64,000 bases of DNA. Source: Malacoraja senta (Eukaryota). The DNA lies in assembly GCA_038087875.1 (NCBI GenBank), contig CM075995.1, positions 4,032,001-4,096,000 on the forward strand. Reading direction: 5' to 3'. The position numbers and the translations under genes are program-made. The notes beneath the pieces were generated by a model. That model did no database searches. It was not told the DNA's origin and saw only the letters and a program-made list of their open reading frames with translations. Every line of letters starts with the position of its first letter. Position 1 is the first letter of the stretch. Positions 50,795-60,972 of this stretch are shown one piece after another.

Positions 50795-52080
50795 TCAGGC
50801 GGCTCGATTTACCAGCTGTTGTAATTTGGTCATCCTCCTCCGCCTTTTAAATTTGCAATTAATGCATAGCAAATACACTACAATTATCATCTGGCAGATG
50901 ATCAGAACATGGGACACGATGCGGGCCCATGCTGGAACTATGATCCAGGACTCCAGGACTCCAGGTCCCACCAACTTGGAGACTTGATTTCTTCGATCTC
51001 CCTGGCGATATCCAGTGTCTTTTGTTCCAGGGAGAAGAAGTGTTTGTGCGACAACTCGACCGCCGCCAGCAACTCTTTTAATTTTTCCTTCACTGGGGGA
51101 ATATCATACCCGAAATGGGCCACATAGTTAGATAAGTCCGTTACATTTTCTCGTACCGAGAGGTGAACCGAAGAAGGTTCCGGGATGGGTAATTTTCGCT
51201 GCTGTGCCACATGGACTTCTGCCCTGGGTTTAAAACAGAAGCTGCTGTGTGGTATCGGGCACCACAGCTGTGATCCGTGCTGATACCGCTGGGCACTTGT
51301 GGTGACACAGTATGTCCCACTGCTTATATACGCCACCTGTGGAGGGACATGGTCTGCCGCCATCGCCTCCATGGTACAGTTTATAGGCTGTGCCCCAACA
51401 GTCCTGAACCCACACTGAGGCCTAGCCTCGGCGCCCATGTGCTCCCCGGCTCCGACAACCCAAAAGGTCAATGCCTGTCACAGCTTGCTCCCTCACTATG
51501 ACATAAGGCGGGACCTTCCTGTAGCGAATATGCACCCCCCCCCCCACGAACAACTCCCACGTTCTCCACTCGGTACAGAGGAGCTGGTAGTGCCGAGGTT
51601 CCCATCACCGGGATTCTTACGACCACTCCCATTATAGTGTGATTGGACTTTCCACAATCCACCGGTACTGGGTAGGCCTCGGAGGCCACACGAAGCTGAC
51701 AAGGACTCAAAGTGCTGTTATAAGGGTGTAGCGCTGCTAGGTGCTGGTTGCTTATCCAGGAGGGGACCCGACCTTGCCTCAGGTCTTCCAGGTTGCTCCT
51801 CCCCTCCCCCAACAACCACGCACCATACAGCCCACACACCTCATTCTGTGCAGCCTGATCGGACGCATTCCGGTCCTCTTTAATCAAAGCGTTTATCGTT
51901 TTTGCATGTGTCTCCAATTGTGCTATGATTTCATTTAGATGTAGAGTCATTGCCACCTCGTCGTGCAGCCCCGATCCTACCACCGCATTTTCCTCCCCCA
52001 GAACCTCGTTGCCATCATCCATACGGCGGGGCTACCCATCTGGGAAACAAAGCAAAACACCTCCTTGCCTCCACATCGCT
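50795..52080 (-). pseudogene. env: env: class I fusion glycoprotein-like, disrupted; 5' boundary uncertain
   Basis: Lies between IN and the 3' LTR. Contains a heptad segment (LHLNEIIAQLETHAKTINALIK), a Cys-rich beta region, N-glycosylation sequons (NAS, NST, NHT, NCT, NVT), a second heptad (LEQKTLDIAREIEEI) and W-rich SWWDLESW. Removing an 8-bp duplication (50945-50960) restores TM IVSHVLIICQMIIVVYLLCI, a basic stop-transfer KFKRRRR and a stop at 50795. Confidence 0.85.
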
Positions 52081-52354
52081 GTCCGCCTCCCTGCACTCCA
52101 TCACACCCATGGAAGAGTGGCCATCCGGCCAACGGTAGCGGCTACCGTCCTAATAATGGCATTCGGGGTTTTGTTTTGTCTGTTGTGGTCTACTTTTCCA
52201 CAGCCCATCCCTTCGAGGCAGCCGACGTTCCCGTACTGTCCGTCCCTGTACTCCCCTGTATACAAAACCCTATATCTATTACCAAACGCTAACTACATCT
52301 ACTCACACACAAACCAATGCTATATACAACGCCACCCGTCTCCGGGTGGCCAAC

Positions 52355-55300
52355 TCATAACTGGTCCCCGTCACGCTGGGGCCACCCCTCTGGCGGGCCC
52401 ACCCGTGCAGGCCAGAACTCCTCCTGTCGAGGGGTCTGACTGCCCCTCACCTCCCTTTGCACTACGGGGTTTCGAGATACCCCTACGTTCCCTGCGGAGA
52501 CTGGGCTCCCTCCAACCGCACTCCGTAGTGCCCTGTTTCGGTCATTCTCCTTCCCGGCCCTCCTGTGGCCGGCCCTAGCCCTAGGTTTGATTAGGGATGG
52601 GGACCACCTTACTGGGGGTTTAGTGACCCTGTTACTCCTGTGTCTGACCGGGGGCTCCCACACCAGAGGTGATACCTCCATCTCCTCTGCTTCTGCCAGT
52701 TCTGCCTCTCTTAGGCAGTCTACGGTACCTGCCTGCGGAGGGCTGGAATCAGCATCCTTCCCCGCTGCTTCCAGTCCTCACCCTGGGACACAGCAGGCTA
52801 CTTCAGGCTGACTACCTGTGGGCTCGCCTGGCTCCCCTACGGTTTCCACATCAACCCGGGTCTGTTCTTGATCCTGTTCCCTGACATGTACCACTTTCTT
52901 ACTTTTCCCTGCCATTGTGGGGTCGAACAATTTACACTGGTTGATGTGGAACTATTTGACTCTATGGGGAAGCTGAATGGCATACACCATGGGACTGGCC
53001 TTGTTCACTATGTTGTATGGGCCAGCATACAAGGGTTCGAACACCCCTACCCTAGCATATCTCCTGACCATTACCTGGTCCCCCACTGCCCACTCGCAAT
53101 GCCTCCGAGGCTCCAGTAGTAGCTTGTTTCTTTGGTGCTGGGCCCCCATGTTTCTGGCTGCCTGCCAGTGAACCTGCCTAAGTTGTTCAAATAGCCCCTT
53201 GGCGAACTTGTCCCGGTTCACTTCCCTGAGCTGTCCCTCTGTTAAGGCTGGGACCATAACGTGCATGGGCGTTCTCATGACCCGGCCCGTCATAAGCTCA
53301 TGGGGAGAGTACCCCGTACTCCTGGACTGGCTGGCCCGAATCCCCATAAGGACCAGGGGTAAAACCTCCACCCACAGGTTGGGTGAGTCCCCTGTTTCCT
53401 TCCTTATCCTTTCCTTTATTGTCCGGTTCAACCGCTCTACTGGACCTGAGGACTGGGGGTGGTAGACCACATGCCACTTGGCCTTGATGCCCAGTATTCT
53501 AAGGGTGGACTGCATGACCTGTCCCGTGAAATGGCTCCCCTGATCTGACTCCACGAACTGTGGGAGTCCCCACCGGGTGAACACCTCCCTAACCAGGATT
53601 TTTGCCATACCCTATGTACAGTTATTCCTAGATCCTTCTGTTCAACTGCATTCCTCAATTCTCTACCATTTACCATGTACGTCCTATTTTGATTTGTTGT
53701 GCCGAGATGTAGTACCTCACATTTATCAGCATTAAACTCCATCTGCCATCTTTCAGCCCACTCTTCCAAATGGCCTGAATCTCTCTGTAGACTTTGAAAA
53801 TCTACTTCATTATCCACCACACCACCTATCTTAGTATCATCTGCATACTTACTAATCCAATTTACCACACCATCATCCAGATCATTGATGTACATGACAA
53901 ACAACAGTGGACCCAACACAGACCCCTGAGGCACCCCACTAGTCACCGGCCTCCAACCTGACAAACAGCCATCCACCATTACTCTCTGGCATCTCCCATT
54001 CAGCCACTGTTGAATCCATCTTGCTACTCCACCATTAATACCCAACAATTTAATCTTCTTAACCAACCTTCCATGAGGAACCTTGTCAAAGGCCTTACTG
54101 AAGTCCATATAGACAACATCCACTGCTTTACCCTCATCAATTTCCCTAGTAACCTCTTCGAAAAATTCTAGAAGATTAGTCAAACATGACCTTCCAGGCA
54201 CAAATCCATGTTGACTGTTCCTAATCAGACCCTGCTTATCCAGATGCTTATATATATTATCTCTAAGTATCCTTTCCATTAATTTGCCCACAACTGACGT
54301 CAAACTAACAGGTCTATAATTGCTAGGTTTACTCTTAGAACCCTTTTTAAACAACAGAACAACATGCGCAGTACGCCAATCCTCCGGCACTATTCCCGTT
54401 TCTAATGACATTTGAAATATTTCTGTCATAGCCCCTGCTATTTCTACACTAACTTTCCTCAATGCCCTCGGGAATATCCTGTCAGGACCTGGAGACTTAT
54501 CCGTTTTCATATTTTTCAAAAGTGTCCGCACCTCTTCTTTGAATCTCATAGTTTCCATTGCTACTCTGCTTGTTTCCCTTACCTCACATAATTCCATATC
54601 CTTCTCCTTGGTGAATACCGAAGTAAAGAAATTGTTCAATATCTCCCCCATCTCTTTTGGCTCTGCAGATAGCTGTCCACTCTGACTCTCTAATGGACCA
54701 ATTTTATTCCTTGTTATCCTTTTGCTATTAATATAGCTGTAGAAACCCTTTGGATTTACTTTCACCTTACTTGCCAAAGCAACCTCATATCTTCTTTTAG
54801 CTTTTCTAATTTCTTTCTTAATATTCTTTTTACATTCTTTATACTCCTCAAGCACCTCATTTACTCCATGCTGCCTATAATTATTGTAGATCTCTCTCTT
54901 TTTCCGAACCAAGTGTCCAATTTCCCGTGAAAACCATGGCTCTTTCCAATTTTTACTATTTCCTTTCAAACGAATAGGGACATAAAGATTCTGTACTTAA
55001 AATGTTACCCTTAAATGTCCTCCATTTCTCTTCTACATCCTTCCCATAAAACAACATGTCCCAATTCACTCCTTTTAAATCCTTTCGCATCTCCTCAAAG
55101 TTAACCTTTCTCCAATCAAAAATCTCAACTCTAGGTCCAGTTCTGACCCTCTCCACCTTCACTTTATGGATATATCTATCCCCGCCCTTCCCTACGGCTG
55201 CTACAATCCTCTCTAATAGGGGTTTAGTGGTCAGGGGCTTCCCGTCCGATCAGGTGTACCCTCGGCGGGACCAGATGGCCAGATATTCCGAGCAGGAATT

Positions 55301-57449
55301 GAATGTGAACATGCTGTCCGAACATATGGTGTATGGGGGGGGGAAACGCTCGGGATGGGTGATCACGTACATTACCGCCGCCAGCTCGGCCTGCTGGGTG
55401 CTTAACGTATGTGGGAGTTTAAGGGCTAGGGCTATCTCCGCCTCGGGGTCCCAGATCCCACAGCCCGTGAGCCTTATGCCCTCGGTCACGATACTGGACC
55501 CGTCCACGTATATTTCCCTACCCGTGGGATGTAACCCTGCTCTGCCCAAAGTCCACCTCCCATACCCCTTCCACCGAGCAATGGTGTGGCTCCCCTGGGT
55601 ACACCAAATTGGCTGCGAGCTTGGGCTCGCATAGCCTCTCAACCCGTAAGGCTATTTGGGAAAGGAGAAGAGTCCAGCGAGTGATCCTCGCACTGCTAAC
55701 GGTCCCATCCTTAATCCGACCGTCCAGCAGCATCTGGGTTGGGGTATGGTGGGTCAGGAGGGTGATGGGGGACACTCTTATGAAGACCTGTACCCTCTTC
55801 ACTGCCCAGTATGTGGCTAGCAGGTGCCGCTCACAGTTTGAATAGGACCTTTCTACCTCTGTGAGGACTCTGGAGGAATACACCACTGGCCTTAACTTGC
55901 CGTGCCGTTCCTGGAGGAGCACTTCGCCCAGGCCCTCTTTGCCTGCGGCTACCTCCAGGAAAAATTCCTCCCTGTAGTCGATGGCTCCCAGAGCTGGGGC
56001 CTTTTGCAGGTCCCGCTTCAAATGGACGAAGGCCGACTCGCACTGCTCATCCCACTCCCACTCTACCCCTTTGCGTAGCAGCCGGTGCTGCGGTCACGGC
56101 ATAGTCCTCTATAAAGTCTCGGCAGTAGCCCATGACTCCCAGAAATGACCTTACCCCCCCCCCCCCACGTCCGCTGGGATTGGGAGTTCCTGCACTGCCT
56201 GCCTTCTTGCTGTATCGATACCCCTTTCTCCGGCCCTAAGGGTCAGTCCCAAGAACTTTACCTCTTGTAACCCTATCTGTGCCTTCTTGGGATTTACTTT
56301 TAAACCGCTCTTACAGAGCAGCTCCAGCAGTTCGTTTACTAGGGGCCCATGTTCCTCACTGGTGTCCGTGAATAGCAAAATATCATCCACATACTGGACG
56401 ATCTTGTGGGGCTCACTGAATTCCTTTAAACATTCCGCCATACATTGGTGGAAAATACTGGGGCTATTGTGGAACCCTTGGGGAAGACAGTTCCACGTGT
56501 ACTGCTGCCCCTTGAATGTGAAAGCAAATTTGTACTGGTCTTCCTTCCTGACCGGGATAGACCAGAAACCGTTCGCGATGTCTAGCACCGTAAATACAGA
56601 TGCAGACGCCGGAATTTCCTCTAATAGGTCTGCTACGGCTGCCACAGTTGGTGCGCAAGCCGGAATGTTCTTATTCAGGACCCTATAATCTACCGTGGCC
56701 CTCCATGAATTGTCTGGCTTCCGTATGGGCCAGAGCGGTGAGTTCACATGGGTGGTTATGGGCCTCAAAACGCCTTGCTTAACCAGTGAACTCAGGGCGA
56801 CTTCTAAGTCAGCCTCCGCTTCTCGGGGAAACTATACTGTTTCTGCAGTCGGGACATGGGATCCCCGTCTATCCTGACCTCTGTTCCTGTGACCCTTCCA
56901 CAGTCATGCTTGTGAGTAGCGAATGCGGCCAAATTTTGCTTAACATGGCCTCGATACTCTGTCGGGGTCTGCCTCACTAGGGCCTCTACATCGTACCACT
57001 CTCTGGGCTTCACAACACACAGAGCCCCTCTCTCTGGTGCCCTCTCGATGACCATTACCTCCTTCTCTCTCTCAGCCCCTTCTCCTGCTATGCCCCACAA
57101 ACAGTGGTTCCTCAGGTCCACCAGGACCTGGTGGGCCACTATAAAGTCGGCGCCTAGTATCCCCTTTCCCTCCTACTCCCAACTCATCAGGACACACTTC
57201 CACTGTGCCTGGAGTGCTCCTAATCGAATGGACAAGGGAACAGAGAAAAACCCCGTCTTCTCATTTCCTGTAAAACCGACAAGACTATAGGGCGCCCCAC
57301 TAGATAGAGGGGATGTACGGGGATGGTACTGGAAGCACCTGTGTCCAGCAGGTAACTCCCGACCACATCCTGGACCTCCATCTTGACCCAGGGTCTCCCA
57401 CATGGGCATACTGTAACGGGCATAGGAATGTGGGCTGTTTTGCTGGCAG
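52355..57449 (-). pseudogene. pol: pol polyprotein: protease, RT, degenerate RNase H, second RNase H, integrase; frameshifted and interrupted by CR1
   Basis: LLDTGAS (PR); SPLWPIRKPD, VLDIANGFWSIP, LPQGFHNSP and YVDD (RT, 56151-56768); RPVVYSSRVLTEVERSYS..ERHLLA (RH1, 55518-56021); YVDGS..AELAA..SDS (RH2, about 55160-55515); SDQGSHF..HPQSSGPVERLNRTIK..GPY (IN, 52952-53608). The frame continues through stops to the RSNRVTKPPVRW tail at 52355-52681. Confidence 0.92.
53612..55160 (-). mobile_element. Internal CR1 LINE ORF2 fragment nested in proviral pol
   Basis: ORF 53437-54969 has KSPGPDRIFPR, NYRPVSLTS, DFSKAFDKVPH, GVPQGSVLGP and YADDTK; it is nearly identical to the CR1 at 7.3-8.0 kb and has no 3' tail. 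Confidence 0.93.
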
Positions 57450-59334
57450 TCATAAAGGTGCCGGGGGTGCGGATACGGGCGCGCGCTGGCCTGTTGCCAT
57501 GGCTACCTGTCCGGACCCTCCAGCCTTGGACTGCAAATAGGCCAATAGATCTTTTACATCTATTGTTCCCGGCACGGCCGCTCCCTCGTCCGGGGCTGGG
57601 TCGGCTGTTACCGGGGTCCTATCCTCCACTGCTCTACTTGGGTTTCTGCACTCCCTCTTGTAGTGCCCTGGTTTCCCACACCCGTAGTACGCCGGCCTCA
57701 TCTCGGAAGAGGTCCGGTTGCCTTCCTGTTTCCACTGCCTCCTTTTGGGGGGTGCCGGTGCTATATTGTGCACCTTGCCCTTAAAGGGCTTCTCCTCACT
57801 TCTCTCCCCGTTGCGATAAGCAAGGGTGAGCTTCCTTATTACCTCCGCCTCGTTAAGGCTTGGGTCCGCTGGGTCGAACCAGTGCTCGGCCTTTGCCCTA
57901 ACTCGCGGGATGCAATTCGCTACCAAAGTCTTCAGCCAGTGGGCTGTTCTCTCATCTAAATTCCGCCTAGCTAAAGGCGTTCCACACGCTCCCTCATACA
58001 CTGCCCACAGTCTGTCTGCGAACATGTCCGGGGACTCAGCTACCTGCTGCTTCGTATCCCCCACCCTGGCGAAAGGACTACCCTGATTCAACCCCATGGT
58101 CTCCAGAACCGCTGTCTGTGCCGCTACCCATGTTTCAGGTCTTCCCCCTTCCCTGGAGGTCACCGCCTTGCATAGGTAGGAATCCAGGGTCATCAGTAGT
58201 AGCTTTACCCGTTCTACCTCATCGCAATCATTTATGTCGGCTGCCTGCTGCACCTCCATAAAATGCAATGACGGGTCTCCCGCCCTGGTTAACCTGGGAA
58301 CGTAAGCCACCATCCCCCTCAGCACGTGTGCCCCATGGGGAATGATGATATCACTCTCTATGGGCCCCCTATCTGCCTGCCCTACCGGGGGACCATATTT
58401 CCTTTGCCGTACTGGGCACATCTGCCCTTCCCGGATGTTGCCCCTTTACCCCCTGCTCTCCCACCATGATCGGTAACCCCACCACCTCGTGGTGTGCTAC
58501 ACATGGCGCAGACGCCGCTAACTGAGGGTGCTCTTCCGCCCCTCCTTGGGTCTGTCCCTTCCCGGACAACCCGAACCCCACCTGCCGACCCGGACCTATT
58601 CCCGGCGCCTCAGGAGGCGGTCTATTCCTCTTTGCCCCTGGGGAATCACATGCTGAGGGAAGCCCTCTGCCCCTGGGGGACCCCCCTGGTCCTACCAGGT
58701 GAACCCGTCCCCTAGTCTTGGACAGAGTCTCCTCCAGCTGCGCTACCCTTGCCTGGCAAGGCCCATGATCACAATCCCCTTGCTCGCTATGGGCCACCCT
58801 GTATGCTGCTTGGATATCTTGGAACTTTCACTCCAGCTCCCTGTATCTCTGTGTACTCTGAGCCAGGCGTTCCTGGGTATTCCGCTCCCTCTCCTTTGCC
58901 TCTACTGCCTGACATTGGAGGAATTCCTGGGCATTTCTGTGGGACTCCCTAGCCTGCAAGATACACTGCCTGGCTACACTGAGTTCCTCACATAGCCCTT
59001 CCCCTTCTCTAGCGCTTTCCTCAGCACTGGCCCTAGCTATTCTCAGTTGCTCTTCTAGACTCTCTACCTGTCTCTCCATTTTGGCTACCTGCTGTGATAG
59101 GCACGCTAGCCGAACTGCCTTTTCCTTCCCTATATTATAACCTTTACTTTCAGTCCATTCTGCTGCAGCTGCTGCGGGCTGCTGTGCTGTCAAAAGTGCT
59201 ACCACCCATTGTTTGGTGAGATTGATCTTTTTAAACAGATAAGAGGAGATTCTCTCCTCCATCTTGCTACGTTCTCTCACCCCCTCTGGCAAGTCACATA
59301 TCCCAAACCACCGAGGTCCTGCCATGGTCGCCAT
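57450..59334 (-). pseudogene. gag: gag: N-terminal coiled coil, capsid-like region and CCHC zinc knuckle; broken into several ORFs
   Basis: ORF 58828-59334 is heptad- and Glu/Arg-rich; ORF 58369-58797 follows; ORF 57450-58421 contains YYGCGKPGHYKREC (CX2CX4HX4C with the first C mutated). Confidence 0.85.
59316..59333 (-). promoter_or_regulatory. Primer binding site, tRNA-Arg(TCG)-like
   Basis: TGGCGACCATGGCAGGAC lies 3 nt inside the 5' LTR boundary. It matches 16/18 of the complement of the vertebrate tRNA-Arg 3' end GTCCTGCCGCGGTCGCCA (recalled, not searched), and both mismatches fit CpG decay. Confidence 0.75.
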
Positions 59335-59336
59335 TC

Positions 59337-60271
59337 TGTAGGGGTTTTGGTTCCCTTCACTTCAGGCCCAACTGCCTGAAAAAGGGGTTCCCCTGGGTTC
59401 TAGACCTCAGAATTATGGTGGGATATGATAAAAGGTTGACTTGACCAGAGCGTGCTGATGAGAGAAAACAGAAACCAAGACGGACTCAAAGCAAGTCTAA
59501 AATTTACAGGCTTTATTAAACAATGAGAAATCGAATCTCACCAACACAACATAATACGTGACTAAACTTATGCTTTAAACTAAGACTATGGAAAGAAAAT
59601 TATCAGGCACGTCGTAAAACTTACTTTACACAATTTTACAAATACACCCACTTTCCCCTTCTTCTCTCAACCTCTATCCTATTTTTGGGAACTTCACCAG
59701 GTCGTCTGGGGTACTTACAGCTAGATCGATGCAGGGTCAGGAGTCATCCAACAGAGCAGAAAAGAGAGCGAAACCTTGCTTGACTGCCCTTTTTTATACC
59801 TGAGTTTCTCCCTTGAAACCTCCCAGGTGGTCCTCTGGACAAAAGGGTCTTTCGATGATTCCCAGTTTCGATCTGGCATGAACAATAGGCTTCCGATGAT
59901 AATGGGTTTGATGATGTCACGATGCCTCAGCCTGATCGTTATCCCATCACCTGGATGGGCTCCCATTGTTCCAATGGATGGGTCATCCACGATGGTGATT
60001 GTCTTTGCTGCTGGGCTGTTTACCCCCGTCTGCTGAGGCTCGGTTCCTTCCTTTGTCTTTCCAAGATAATCTCGTTATCTCCGTCCCGGCCTTTCCTGTT
60101 CACACCATTCGCATAGTCCTGTAATGCCCAGGCCCACAGACAGGTTTTAAACTGGTTCTTCCTTTGTGGATGGGGGGTTTTCCTTTTGCAGCCAGCATGT
60201 TCGTTTTAAAATGTCCAGGTCCTTATCCCCGTGTTCTTCCATGATTTGAGGATTTGCCACAATAACTTACA
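59337..60271 (-). repeat. 5' LTR of provirus
   Basis: Direct repeat of 49544-50478; minus-strand TATAAAA at 59792-59798, GTAAGT at 59713-59718 and AATAAA at 59512-59517; adjacent to the PBS. Confidence 0.95.
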
Positions 60272-60699
60272 AAGGAGAGGAGAAGGTTGATTTAGTCAGA
60301 GGGTGGTGACTCTGTGGAATATAATGCCACAGACGGCTGTGGACGACGTCAGTTCAGTTCCGTTCAGTTTTGCTTATTGCCACATGTACCAAGGTGTTTG
60401 TTGCGTGCTATCCAGTCAGCAGAAAGACAATACATGATTACAATCGTGCCATTTATAGTGTATAGATACAAGATAAGGGAATAACGTTTAGTGCAAGGTA
60501 ATAGCAACAAAGTCCAATCAAGAATAGTCCAAGGGTCATCAAAGAGGTAGGTTGTAGTTCAGCACTGCTCTCGGGTTGTGGTCGGATGATTCAGTTGTCT
60601 GATAACTGTCCCTGAATCTGGTGGTGTGCGTTTTCACCTTTTGCCTGATGGGAGAGGGGAGAAAAGGGAGTGGCCAGGGTGCGACTCATCCTTGATTAT

Positions 60700-60903
60700 T
60701 GTAAAGGATCTATAACGAGGCATCGTTACTTTACTATCTTTATTCATACTGGAGCATTACACATTGCACTAGCTGTACGTGGTCTGTCACAGGAACTAGA
60801 GAGTGATCTGTGGGTGGGGAGGTTGTAGATATACTTGTGATATGGGGAGTGGTTAGTAGGTATGAGGTCACTATGTTAAAGGCACATGCATATCTCATCT
60901 ACA
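60700..60903 (-). repeat. Putative 3' LTR of the Gypsy element
   Basis: TGTA...TACA termini, immediately preceded on the minus strand by a polypurine tract; the partner LTR is outside the window. Confidence 0.75.
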
Positions 60904-60972
60904 TCTTTCCTCTTCGAAACAACAGGCAAATACAATGGTGACATGGCGACCACGGCTCATGCGCTAGGATAG

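Larger units (their letters stand above)
49544..60271 (-). mobile_element. Endogenous retrovirus-like provirus (lokiretrovirus-like), full-length but defective
   Basis: Two direct repeats of 935 bp (49544-50478 and 59337-60271) with TGTA...TACA ends; AAGG duplicated on both sides (49540-49543 and 60272-60275); PBS; gag-PR-RT-RH-RH-IN-env order on the minus strand. Confidence 0.93.

Noticed and set aside
51925..52578. 217-aa antisense ORF over the IN/env boundary
   Set aside because: No motif support; long antisense ORFs are common in GC-rich retroelement sequence
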